Shown: piece by piece, positions 48,847 to 58,084 of the stretch
Layout: each line of letters opens with the position of its first letter
Numbering within the stretch: the stretch's first letter is position 1
NCBI GenBank assembly: GCA_016218805.1
Contig: JACRCW010000071.1
Span: 1-64,000, forward strand
Direction: 5' to 3'
Length of the DNA stretch: 64,000 nt
From: Deltaproteobacteria bacterium
GTDB taxonomy: Bacteria > Myxococcota > JACRCW01
Notes under the pieces: model-generated
Told to the model about the DNA's origin: nothing
What the model saw: only the letters and a program-made list of their open reading frames with translations
The model's database searches: none
Position numbers and translations under genes: made by a program

Positions 48847-51800
48847 TCAGCCGCCCACGGCCGCGGGACCCAGCCGCTGCAGCGAGCCCTCCAACAGCGA
48901 CCCGTAACGGCGGTAGCCGGTGCGCTCCGCGCGGGCCACGCCCTCTTCCAGGGCGGCCATGGCGCCGGCCTCGTCACCGGCGTGCAGGCGGGCCAGGCCC
49001 AGGTACCACAGGCCCGCCAACGTGATGCGGTTGGCTTCGTACGCGCGCGCGCGCGCCAGGCCCGCTTCAATGTCCGCCAGGCCCTCCTGCACGCGCCCCA
49101 GCCGCACGGAGGCAAGCCCGCGGCACAGGCGCGCCTCGGCCTCCGTCGCCGCCAGCGCCAGCTGCTCGGACGCGCGGCACGCCTTGCGGGCGGCCTCCAG
49201 CGCGGCCTCGTTGCGCTCCGCGGCCAGGTGCGCGGTGGCAATGACGGTGTCCGCAAACGCCACCGCATCCACCGCACCGGAGCCGTCAAACGCCTTGCGG
49301 GCCTCCTCGGCGCCCTTGAGCGCCTCGTCCAGGCGCCCCTCGTCACGCGCCAGGATGGCCAGGTTCAACGTGGTGGTGGCCACCATGCGCCGGTGCCCCA
49401 CGGCCAGCGCCAGCTCGCGCGCCTTGCGGTAGGCGGTGTCCGCCTCGGAGAAATCGCCGATTTCGTGGCTGGCCTGGCCCAGCAGGTTCATGCACTGGCA
49501 GGCGCGCAGCCGCTCGCCGCGCATCTGCGCGTGTGCCAGCACCTGCGTGAAGTCCCGCCGCGCCGCCTCCAGGTTGCCCGTCTCCAGCCGCCGCGCGGCA
49601 ATGGCCATGCGCGCCGCCTGCTCCTCCTGCTCCTCGCCAATGGCACGCGCCAGCTCCAACGCCTCCATGTTGTACCGCAGCCCGCGGTCCGGTTGGCCGC
49701 GCCGGTCATAGATGGTGCCGCACAGGCGCTTGGCCTTGCAGCGCAGGCGGTGGGCGCCGCCGCGTTCGGTCACGGACAGCACGGAGGTGATGATCTGCAG
49801 CGCCTGGTCCGTGTTGCCCAGCAGCGTGAGCGCATTGGCCTCATGGAAGCGCGCCTCCGCGTACAGCCGCGGCTCCGCCTTGTCCGCCAGCGCGGGCAGG
49901 CGCTCGTGGCACACCTTCTCCACCTCCTTCATGTTGCCCAGCGTGGACAGCGTCTCCAGGCGCAGCAGCAGGATCTCCAGGCTGCGGCGGGACATGGCCG
50001 GGTCATGGCTGCGCTGGGCACCCTGCACGTCCAGGACCTGTTCCGCCTCCTGCACGTAACGCATGGCTGCGCGCGTGGCGTTGACGTCCAGCGCGCGGCG
50101 CGTGGACTGCGCCAGGTAGTCAAACGCGCGCAGCGGCTCACCGCCCAGCTTGTAGTGGCGCGCCAGCGTCTCCGGCTCCGCGCCGCGCGCGCTGCGCCGG
50201 CCAAAGTCCTCCAGGCTGTGCGCCATCAGCAGGTGGAAGCGCGCTCGCCGCTCCGGGTCCAGCGTCTCGGAGACCGCCACGCGCATCTCCTCGGAGGCAA
50301 ACGCGTACCCGTCGTCCTGGCCCTCCACCAGGATCTTGCGCTTGATGAGCTCGTCAATCGCGTCCAGCACCTCCTCTTCGGGGCGCAGCACCACGCGCAT
50401 GAGGACCTCGCCGTGCAGGCGTCCTTCCAGCACGCTGGCGCGCTCCGCCACGTCCCGCGCGGCCGCGGACACGGAGGCCAGGCGGTCCTCAATGGGTTCG
50501 CCCTCACCGGTCATGGACACCGGCACGTCATTGGACGTGGCGTGGTCCAGGTCCACAAACCCGCGGCCCTTGCCCGCGCGCAGTGCCCACTTCTTGCCCG
50601 CGCGCACCAGGTCCCCGCGGTCCGCCCAGGCGCGGATGCGCTCCTCCACCAGGAACGGGATGCCGCGCGTTTCCTTGTACAGCGCCTCGCCCAGCGCGGT
50701 GGCCACGTCCTCGCCGCCCACCATGGCGCGGAGCATCTGCGCGGCCTCGCCGGGGGACAGCGCCTTGAGCGTGATGACCTTGGCGCGCTGCAGGGCGCCC
50801 AGCTCGGAAATCATCCGCGCCGCCGGCGAATCCGGCTCCACCATCGCCGGGTCCACCGTCACCACCAGGCCCAGCTTCTCGCCGCGGCCGCGCTCGCCCA
50901 TCACGAGCCGCGTGGCCACCTGCTGGATGACGTCCATGGACGCCTCGTCCGCGGCGTGCACGTCCTCCAGCACCAGCACGCGCGGCCGCACCCGCGCCAT
51001 GCGCCCCAGCACGTCCAGCAGCGCCGCGCGGAAGCGCACCAGCTCATCATCCGGTCCCAGCGCCGGCAGCGGCTTGGGACGCAGGGAGGCGGGCAGGCGG
51101 TGCAGCGCGGGCAGGTGCCGCACCAGCGCCGGGCCGTCCGCGCCCAGGATGCTCTCCACCTCCTGCGGGCTGCGGGAGCCCCACTCGCGCACCAGGGATT
51201 CAAACAGCTGCCCAAACACGGCAAACGGTTGTGACGCGTTCTTCCCCGCCGCGCCCCACACCAGCTCCAGCCCCTGCTCCTTGAGCGTGGCGGCCACTTC
51301 CTTGATGAGGCGGCTCTTGCCGCTGCCGGTCACGCCGGACAGCGCCACCACGTGGCCCTGGCCCTGCGCGGTCTTCTCCAGCGCGGTGCGCAGCGCCTGG
51401 AACTCGCTCTGCCGCCCCACCATGCCCGGCGCAAACAGCGGGTCCTTGGACATCTGGAAGGGCGGCGGTGCCAGCCCCGCGCTGGTCTGCTGCAGCTTCT
51501 TGATGTGTTCGTCAATCCCCTTCACCGCGTCCTTGAGCGCGCTGATGACGTCGTCAGACGTGGGGAAGCGCTTCTCCGTCTCCTTGTGCAGCAGCTTCTC
51601 CGCCACCGCGCGCAGGCCCGGGTTCACCTCCGGGTTGAAGCGCGTGATGGGCGGCGGGATGGTGCGCGCGTGGTGGTACGCGTAGCCCACAGACGTTTCC
51701 GAGAAGAACGGGTGCCGCCCGGCCAGCAGCTCATAGAGGATGACGCCCAGGCAGTAGAGGTCCGCGCGGCCGTCCAGGTCTATGCCCAGCGCCTGCTCCG

Positions 51801-52419
51801 GTGACAGGTACTTGAAGGTCCCCACCACCATGCCGCCGGAGGAGGTGTCCCCGGTGTTGGGCCCGCCGAACTGCTTGGCGATGCCGAAATCCATCAGCTT
51901 CACGACGCCGGAGTTGGTGACCAGGATGTTGTCCGGCTTGAGGTCGCGGTGGACAATGCGGTGCGCGTGGATGGCCCCCAGCGCAAACCCCACCTGCACA
52001 ATGGCCTCGGCCAGCCGCCGCACGCGCCCGGGCTCGTTGAGACGCTTGCGCAGCGCGTCCGGCAGCGTGTCCGCCGGCGGCGGGTCCTTGCCCAGCTTCA
52101 CAATGGGTTCGTCCCCGTCCAGCCAGCGGCGCAGCTCCTTGCCCTCCACCAGCTCCATGGTGAAGTAGGGCGCGCCGCGGTAGGTGCCCGCCTCAAACAC
52201 GCGCACCACGTTGGGATGCACCACGCGCTGGATGGCGCGGAACTCGCGCTTGAACCGCAGCGCGCTGTCACCCTTGTCCGCCGTCTCCGGCGGCAGCATC
52301 TTGAGCGCCACCTGCGCGCCCGTGCGCTCGTCACGCGCGCGGAACACCACGCCCATGCCGCCCCGGCCTATTTCGCCCAGGAGCGTGTAGTCCCCAATCC
52401 GGTCCGGTGCTGACAGCAT
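48847..52419 (-). CDS. Ser/Thr protein kinase with P-loop NTPase (AAA_16/STAND-like) and TPR domains
   Basis: GRGGMG, VALK, HRDLKPDN, DFG, YLSPEQ; GVTGSGKS, LVLEDVH; helical repeats at the C-terminus. Confidence 0.96.
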   Translation of the reverse strand: MLSAPDRIGDYTLLGEIGRGGMGVVFRARDERTGAQVALKMLPPETADKGDSALRFKREFRAIQRVVHPNVVRVFEAGTYRGAPYFTMELVEGKELRRWLDGDEPIVKLGKDPPPADTLPDALRKRLNEPGRVRRLAEAIVQVGFALGAIHAHRIVHRDLKPDNILVTNSGVVKLMDFGIAKQFGGPNTGDTSSGGMVVGTFKYLSPEQALGIDLDGRADLYCLGVILYELLAGRHPFFSETSVGYAYHHARTIPPPITRFNPEVNPGLRAVAEKLLHKETEKRFPTSDDVISALKDAVKGIDEHIKKLQQTSAGLAPPPFQMSKDPLFAPGMVGRQSEFQALRTALEKTAQGQGHVVALSGVTGSGKSRLIKEVAATLKEQGLELVWGAAGKNASQPFAVFGQLFESLVREWGSRSPQEVESILGADGPALVRHLPALHRLPASLRPKPLPALGPDDELVRFRAALLDVLGRMARVRPRVLVLEDVHAADEASMDVIQQVATRLVMGERGRGEKLGLVVTVDPAMVEPDSPAARMISELGALQRAKVITLKALSPGEAAQMLRAMVGGEDVATALGEALYKETRGIPFLVEERIRAWADRGDLVRAGKKWALRAGKGRGFVDLDHATSNDVPVSMTGEGEPIEDRLASVSAAARDVAERASVLEGRLHGEVLMRVVLRPEEEVLDAIDELIKRKILVEGQDDGYAFASEEMRVAVSETLDPERRARFHLLMAHSLEDFGRRSARGAEPETLARHYKLGGEPLRAFDYLAQSTRRALDVNATRAAMRYVQEAEQVLDVQGAQRSHDPAMSRRSLEILLLRLETLSTLGNMKEVEKVCHERLPALADKAEPRLYAEARFHEANALTLLGNTDQALQIITSVLSVTERGGAHRLRCKAKRLCGTIYDRRGQPDRGLRYNMEALELARAIGEEQEEQAARMAIAARRLETGNLEAARRDFTQVLAHAQMRGERLRACQCMNLLGQASHEIGDFSEADTAYRKARELALAVGHRRMVATTTLNLAILARDEGRLDEALKGAEEARKAFDGSGAVDAVAFADTVIATAHLAAERNEAALEAARKACRASEQLALAATEAEARLCRGLASVRLGRVQEGLADIEAGLARARAYEANRITLAGLWYLGLARLHAGDEAGAMAALEEGVARAERTGYRRYGSLLEGSLQRLGPAAVGG

Positions 52420-52550
52420 CCGTCTCCGCGGCGTGCCTGAAGAGTGCTCCCCCGTCGCCGTGGCGGACCCTACCAGAGCGCCGCATCGCCAACAAACTTG
52501 CGTACTTGCGCGGGTGCGAACCGTTCCCGAGGCACCCGGCTCCCACCGCC

Positions 52551-52697
52551 ATGGACCTTGGCCCCCTCATCTTCCTGGCGCTGTACGTGGTGCTGCAGGC
52601 GTTTGTGTTGCCGCGGCTGGGCGTGCGGACTTGAATGGCCCCCAACCCGCGCCGTGACGCGCGGGACCAGGACCGGCCGGGAGACGGCTGTGGCTGA
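52551..52697 (+). CDS. candidate small membrane selenoprotein, 48 aa, Sec at TGA 52632-52634 (27 aa if UGA is a stop)
   Basis: MDLGPLIFLALYVVLQAFVLPRLGVRT-U-MAPNPRRDARDQDRPGDGCG; one TM helix; SECIS-like hairpin after the UGA; RBS weak. Confidence 0.7.
52636..52669 (+). promoter_or_regulatory. putative bacterial SECIS element
   Basis: 7-bp stem CCCGCGC(52646-52)/GCGCGGG(52659-65) starts 11 nt after the UGA; loop CGUGAC has GU at positions 2-3; lower stem UGG/CCA. Confidence 0.65.
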
Positions 52698-52713
52698 CGC
52701 CGCGTCTGGACGG

Positions 52714-52905
52714 ATGACGGCGCTGCGGCGGACGCTGTTCCCCTACGCGGCGGGCGCCGTGGGCGGCGCGCTGGGGTTCATCGCCGTGGCGCTGGTGGTG
52801 TCCGGGCTGGGGTCCACCTGTTCGTTCCTGTGCCGGCCGCACGTGGCGGGTGTGCTGGGCGCGGTGGCGGGACTGTACGGCGTGTTCCTGGCGCGCCACC
52901 CCTGA
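52714..52905 (+). CDS. small two-TM protein with Cys-containing loop (DUF6132-like)
   Basis: GAVGGALGF...GSTCSFLCRP...GAVAGLYG; 63 aa. Confidence 0.7.
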   Translation: MTALRRTLFPYAAGAVGGALGFIAVALVVSGLGSTCSFLCRPHVAGVLGAVAGLYGVFLARHP

Positions 52906-52917
52906 GCTGAGTGAGCC

Positions 52918-54750
52918 TCACGCCTGCAGCTCAAAGACCTCCACGGCGTCCGCCTTGCCCTTGAGGCTCTTGGCCCCACGCGCGGCCACCTTGAGGCGCC
53001 CCATCACCGCCTGCGCGGTCAACGGCCCCAGCAGGATGCCGCCCGGCGGCGCAATGCCCTCCAGCCGCTGCGCCACGTTCACCGTGTCACCCAGGCAGGT
53101 GTACTCCAGCCGCAGCGGGCTCCCCACGGTCCCCGCCAGCAACGGGCCCGAGTTGAGGCCAATCCGCAACGCGAGCCGTTCGCCCTCGGGCCGTCCGGCC
53201 ATGAGCGCGGCAAACGCCTCCTGCATGGCCAGCGCGCACCGCGCGGCGCGCAGCGCGTCGTCAGCGGCGGGGAACGGCGCGCCGAACACGGCCATCACGG
53301 CGTCACCGATGTACTTGTCCACGGTGCCGCGGAACTCGTAGACCACGCGCGTCATCTCGCCGAGGTAGCCGTTGAGCAGCTCCGCCACCTCCGTCGTCGT
53401 GTGCCGGTCGCAGTAGCTGGTGAAGCCGGAGAGGTCCGTGAACATGACGGTGGCGTTGATAGGCTCCAGGAACAGCCCGCCCTGGCCCTCCTGCGCCTGC
53501 TTCTGCATGAGCTTCTCCACCACCTCGCGCGTGTGGAAACGCTCCAGCGTGTGACGCAGCGCCTCTTCTTCAGCCACGCGCTCCTTGAGCTGCGCGCGTT
53601 CAATGCCCAGCGCAGTGAGGTGCCCCAGCGCCGCCACCAGGTCCTCCTCCCACTCCTGGAACGGGACCTTGCGCGTCACGTAGATGACGCCCACGGGCGC
53701 GGTGTCGCGCAGCATGGGCACGGCCAGCACGGCCTTGAGGTCCAGGTCCACCACGGAGATGTTCTTGGCAAACCGGGCGTCCGCGCTGGCGTCCTCCGTC
53801 GTCACGGCCACGCGGCGGCGCAGCGCCTGGTCCACCACGCTGCGGCTGAAGCGCTGCGGCACCGCCGCGCCGGAGGTGCGCACCACGCGCGGGACAATGG
53901 TGGTCGCGTCCACCGGGCCGGGCGGGCACATCAGCAGCGCCACCGTCTGCGCGCGGATGGCCAGCATGATGGTCTCCGCCATGGCGTTGAGGAAGTCCTC
54001 CTCGCCCTTGGCGCCCTGCAGTTCGCCGGCCACGCGGTAGACCAGCCGCAGCGCCAGTTCCTGGGGGTCCCGCTGCTGCCGCGCCAGCGTGGCCAGTTCC
54101 GCCACCTCCTGCGCAATGGTGATGCCCTGCAACGGCGTGGCGTGCAGCGTGAGCTTCTTGAGCAGCGCGCTCTCGCCCACCGCGCGTTCACGCGTGGTCT
54201 CCCCCTCCGTCCCCGGTGAACTTTTCCAGTGCACCTGCAGCGCCGGCATGATGAGGCTGATGGCCGCCGCCGGTGTGTGCTGCGGGGTCAGCGGCGCGCG
54301 CGCTTCGGGACCGGCCTGGCGGGAGGCAACCAGCGCGTCCACCCGCAGCGCGGCCGCCACGCTCGCCGTCGTCTGGTCGTCAAATGCGTTGGCCACCTGC
54401 GCGGGCGGTTCGCTCACCGCCGCCACCGTGCTGTCCGTCACCGCCGCGGGGCGCAGCCGCACCGCCCACTCACCCACCGCCACGTCCTCACCGCCGTGCA
54501 GCAGCGCGCGTTGGATGCGGTTGCCCGCCACAAGCGTGCCGTTGAAGCTCCCCAGGTCCTCCAACGTCACGTGTGTGCCGGTGCCCACGCGCAGCAGGGC
54601 GTGGCGGCGGCTGACCTGCTTGCCCTGCAGGATCACATGGCAGGTGGGCTCACGGCCCAGGATGTACTCGCCCGGCGGGAGGCGCACGCTGATGGGGTCC
54701 TGGCCGGCCGTGGTGCACTCCAGCACCCAGCGCGCCGCGGTCTTGATCAT
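52918..54750 (-). CDS. FHA-GAF-class III adenylate/guanylate cyclase
   Basis: FHA GR...VSRRHA...DLGSFNGT; GAF DARF..S.....LAVPM; cyclase FTDLSGFT, DKYIGDAVMA, GDTVNVAQRLE. Confidence 0.95.
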   Translation of the reverse strand: MIKTAARWVLECTTAGQDPISVRLPPGEYILGREPTCHVILQGKQVSRRHALLRVGTGTHVTLEDLGSFNGTLVAGNRIQRALLHGGEDVAVGEWAVRLRPAAVTDSTVAAVSEPPAQVANAFDDQTTASVAAALRVDALVASRQAGPEARAPLTPQHTPAAAISLIMPALQVHWKSSPGTEGETTRERAVGESALLKKLTLHATPLQGITIAQEVAELATLARQQRDPQELALRLVYRVAGELQGAKGEEDFLNAMAETIMLAIRAQTVALLMCPPGPVDATTIVPRVVRTSGAAVPQRFSRSVVDQALRRRVAVTTEDASADARFAKNISVVDLDLKAVLAVPMLRDTAPVGVIYVTRKVPFQEWEEDLVAALGHLTALGIERAQLKERVAEEEALRHTLERFHTREVVEKLMQKQAQEGQGGLFLEPINATVMFTDLSGFTSYCDRHTTTEVAELLNGYLGEMTRVVYEFRGTVDKYIGDAVMAVFGAPFPAADDALRAARCALAMQEAFAALMAGRPEGERLALRIGLNSGPLLAGTVGSPLRLEYTCLGDTVNVAQRLEGIAPPGGILLGPLTAQAVMGRLKVAARGAKSLKGKADAVEVFELQA

Positions 54751-55910
54751 GTGTGCTCCGTGCCGTGCACCAGGGTTCCTTCGCCGTAGATGGCCACCGG
54801 GACGGAGTGGGCATCCAGCACCGGCCCGCTCCACACCACCACGTTGGCATCCTTGCCCCGCTTGAGCGATCCCACGCGCCCGTCCAGCCCCAGGATGGCG
54901 GCCGCATCCAGCGTCACCGCCCGCAGCGCCGCCTCCGCGGGCAGGCCGGAGCGCGCGGCGACGATGGGAATGAGGTGGAACTGCCCCGCCGAGATGATGG
55001 GGTGATCACTCATCAGCGCCATGCGCACGCCCGCCGCGTGCAGCCGCGCGGGCGTGTCCGTGCGCTTGTCAGCCAGCTCCAGCTTGGTGCGCGCGGACAT
55101 GTCCGGGCCCACAATGACGTCCACGCCGCGGCGCGCAAGCACGTCCGCAATCAGGTACGCCTCCGTGCCGTGGTCCAGGATGGCGCGGACGTGCATCTCA
55201 TCCGCCACACGCAGCGCCGTCTCCAGGTCAAACGCGCGGTGCGCGTGCACCCGCAGCGGGAGGGTGCGCCGGATGACCGGCAGCAGCGCTTCCATGGCCA
55301 GGTCCCGCGGCGCGTCCAGCCGGTGGCGCACGGCGGCATAGGCGCGCGCGCGCTCCAGCGTCTGGCGCAGGATGGCGGCCACGGCCATGCGGGTGGCCGG
55401 GGCTTTGCGCTGTTCCCGGTAGATGCGGCACGGGTTCTCCCCAAACGCGACCTTCATGCCCGGCCGCTCCGCGTACGCCATCTGGGCGATGCGCTCCGGC
55501 CACGTGCGCAGGCTCACCGCCAGGCCGCCCACGACGTTGGCGCTCCCCGGCAGCACGCACACGGTGGTCACGCCGGAGAGCAACGCGTCGCGAAAACCGC
55601 TGTCCCGCGGGTTGATGCCGTCCTCCGCGCGCAGCTGCGGTGTCACCGGGTCCGTGGTCTCGTTGTAGTGCTCCGCCTCCGCGCCGCTGACGCCGCCCTG
55701 GTGCAGCCCCGCGTGCATGTGCGCGTCCACAAATCCCGGCAGCGCGTGGCAGCCCCGGTAGCGGCGTACCTGTGCGCCGCGCGGTACCGGGACGCGGCGC
55801 GCCGGACCCACGGCGGCAATCCGCCCGTCGCGCAGCACCAGCCGGCCGCCCGTGAAGGAGGGCCCCTCCACGGGATGCACCGTGAGTTCATCCAGAACGA
55901 CGACCGCCAT
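54747..55910 (-). CDS. amidohydrolase family protein
   Basis: PGFVDAHMH, PGSAN, KVAFGENP, HAHR, DHP, GSLKRGKDAN. Confidence 0.93.
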   Translation of the reverse strand: MAVVVLDELTVHPVEGPSFTGGRLVLRDGRIAAVGPARRVPVPRGAQVRRYRGCHALPGFVDAHMHAGLHQGGVSGAEAEHYNETTDPVTPQLRAEDGINPRDSGFRDALLSGVTTVCVLPGSANVVGGLAVSLRTWPERIAQMAYAERPGMKVAFGENPCRIYREQRKAPATRMAVAAILRQTLERARAYAAVRHRLDAPRDLAMEALLPVIRRTLPLRVHAHRAFDLETALRVADEMHVRAILDHGTEAYLIADVLARRGVDVIVGPDMSARTKLELADKRTDTPARLHAAGVRMALMSDHPIISAGQFHLIPIVAARSGLPAEAALRAVTLDAAAILGLDGRVGSLKRGKDANVVVWSGPVLDAHSVPVAIYGEGTLVHGTEHT

Positions 55911-55960
55911 GGCGGCGGCACGCTATCGGAACCGGGCGGGGCCTTCCACCGTCCCGCGCC

Positions 55961-57154
55961 TCACCGCCCCGCGGATTGGAACAGGAACGGGTAGTTCACC
56001 GCCACTTCCCCGCCGCTGCGCGGGCGCGGGAAGATCATGGAACGCAGCACGCCCAGCACGCAGTCCTCCGTCGGCGGGTGGTTCAGCGTGGTGGAGCCAA
56101 CTTCCGCGTGAGCCACGCGCCCGTCCGCGCCGATGGAGAAACGCGCCTCCACGCGCCCGCCCAGGTCCGGGTGCCCGTTGAGTTCGCGCTCGTAGCAGTA
56201 GCTGATGCGCGCGTGATGGCGCCGCACCACCCGGGCCACCTCGTCACGGCCCAGCCCGTCCTGCGGCGCGCAGTCACGGCAGCCGCCGACCACCTTGGCG
56301 CGGTGCGGGCCACCGCCGTCCGGCCAACCCGTGCCGCCGGGGCCACGCCCCGTCCCGTCCCCCAGCCCGCCAATGCCAACCACGCCGGTGCCGCCACCGC
56401 CCGGACCGCCGCCACGCGACGAGAATCCGCTGCCGTCCCCGGCGACGACGGCACCCGGCCCCAGGCCCTGCAGCGCCTGGTTGACGTCACCGCCCAGCGC
56501 CCCGCCCAACACCGCCCCGAGCGCGCCGCCCCGCCCGCGCAACATGCCCAGCACGCCGGCGCCCATGGCCGCGGCGCGGTCGCGTTCGCGGCGCGCCGGG
56601 TCCACGGGGCGCCGGACCCGCGTGCCGGACGGGCGGTGCACGCGCGGCGCGGTCACCGTGGAGGCCACGCGCGGTGGGCGCGGGGGCTTGGTGGGTGGGC
56701 GGACGGTGGGTCCCACGCGGCTGATGACGGCGGCCAGCCGCGCCAACGGCGGCGGTGGCTCTTCAGCCGGCGCTTCCGACGCGACCAGCGCCAGCAGCGA
56801 CGACACGCCCAGGACCGCCGCGCAGCTGGCCGCGAAGGGAAGGTCCGCGCGCAGCGGTGCCGCCCCGGCCGCGGGCTCGCGCGCCACCCAGCGCACCATC
56901 ACGCGTTGCCCGTGCCAACTGGCCAGCGCGGCATCCCCGGGGCGCAGTGCCGTCGCAGGATCCGCGTCGTCGGACCGTGCCACGCGCGCGCCTGCCGGCA
57001 CGGCCACGCGCACGTGGCCCGCGCGCACGGCGAGCCAGGCGGTCCGCCCATCGCCTTCCATCCAGTCCACGGCGCGCACGCCATCCACGTGCCGCACCGC
57101 CAGCAGCGTGCGCCCCCACCACCAGGTCACTTCCAGAACGTTCATCGCGCCCAT
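55961..57154 (-). CDS. AgmX/PglI C-terminal (TonB-C-like) domain protein, GltG-like
   Basis: LEVTWWWG, TM segment, Gly-rich linker, ISYCYEREL..HPDLGGRV...CVL.....MIFPRP..G.V.VNYPFLF. Confidence 0.85.
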   Translation of the reverse strand: MGAMNVLEVTWWWGRTLLAVRHVDGVRAVDWMEGDGRTAWLAVRAGHVRVAVPAGARVARSDDADPATALRPGDAALASWHGQRVMVRWVAREPAAGAAPLRADLPFAASCAAVLGVSSLLALVASEAPAEEPPPPLARLAAVISRVGPTVRPPTKPPRPPRVASTVTAPRVHRPSGTRVRRPVDPARRERDRAAAMGAGVLGMLRGRGGALGAVLGGALGGDVNQALQGLGPGAVVAGDGSGFSSRGGGPGGGGTGVVGIGGLGDGTGRGPGGTGWPDGGGPHRAKVVGGCRDCAPQDGLGRDEVARVVRRHHARISYCYERELNGHPDLGGRVEARFSIGADGRVAHAEVGSTTLNHPPTEDCVLGVLRSMIFPRPRSGGEVAVNYPFLFQSAGR

Positions 57155-57238
57155 GCGTCGGCCTCCGCGTTCTGGACAGCATCCGGGGTGACCGGGTTCC
57201 CGTGGCACGCGCGCGGCGGAGGGTTAGATTCACGCGCC

Positions 57239-58024
57239 GTGACCACTTCCCGCCCGTCGCCCCGTCGCCGTCGCCGCGCCCGCGCTGGCACGGAGTTGCT
57301 CAGCTTGGGTCTGTTGGACGTGCCGGGCCTGGGCCCGCGTGAAGTGCGCCTGTGCCTCCCGCCCGGAAGCGGGCGGCGCGCGGCGGCCCCGCTGCTGCTG
57401 CTGTGGGACGGGCAGAACGTGTTTGATGATGAGCCCTCCTACGCGGGTGGCTGGCAGGTGCACCGGCTGGTGGCGCGGCGCGCCGCCCGCGGGCGCGTGG
57501 TCCCCATCGTCGTTGGTATTCACCACGGCGGTGCGGACCGCCTGCGTGAGCTGGCGCCCTGGGCCCCGCGCGGTCGGTCGCTCTCCGAGCCATTGCTGCA
57601 GTGGGTGGCCGACGCGCTGGTCCCCACGTTGCGCGCGCAGTTCCACGTCGGTGAGGGGCCCCGCGCGGTGACCGTCGGCGGCAGTTCACTGGGCGGGCTC
57701 ATGTCGCTGTGGGGACACTTCCGGCGCCCGGACGTATTTGGCAACGCGTTGGTGATGTCCCCGTCGCTGTTCCTGGGGCGGGGCGCGGTGTTCCGTTACC
57801 TGGCATCCCAGCCGCGCCCGTGGGCCACGCGCATCTACCTGGACGCCGGCGGGCGCGAAATGGGCGGCCGCCTGGTGCGGCTGGCGGCACGGCTGGAAAC
57901 CGACCTGCTTGCGCGCGGCTGGGACGGTGGGGACCTCATGTTCCGCGCGCCACGCACCGGTGAGCACAGCGAACTCCACTGGCGACGGCGGATGCCGCGC
58001 GCCATGGAGTTTCTGTACGGCTGA
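57239..58024 (+). CDS. alpha/beta hydrolase (putative esterase)
   Basis: DGQNVF, GGSSLGG nucleophile elbow, IYLDAG, GEHSE..W. Confidence 0.9.
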   Translation: MTTSRPSPRRRRRARAGTELLSLGLLDVPGLGPREVRLCLPPGSGRRAAAPLLLLWDGQNVFDDEPSYAGGWQVHRLVARRAARGRVVPIVVGIHHGGADRLRELAPWAPRGRSLSEPLLQWVADALVPTLRAQFHVGEGPRAVTVGGSSLGGLMSLWGHFRRPDVFGNALVMSPSLFLGRGAVFRYLASQPRPWATRIYLDAGGREMGGRLVRLAARLETDLLARGWDGGDLMFRAPRTGEHSELHWRRRMPRAMEFLYG

Positions 58025-58084
58025 CACGGGTGGCCCCGACGGGCGGGCGCCGCTCACGGTGCCATTCGGCAGGCCCGGCGTCCG

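Noticed and set aside
48568..51234. Long antisense/alternative-frame ORFs (also 29609-32215, 41958-44609, 45551-47746 and many others)
   Set aside because: Shadow ORFs of real genes in high-GC DNA; Arg/Ala/Pro-rich with no motifs
52695..52697. Second Sec codon after GCG
   Set aside because: No convincing hairpin at the right distance, and read-through would overlap the next gene out of frame
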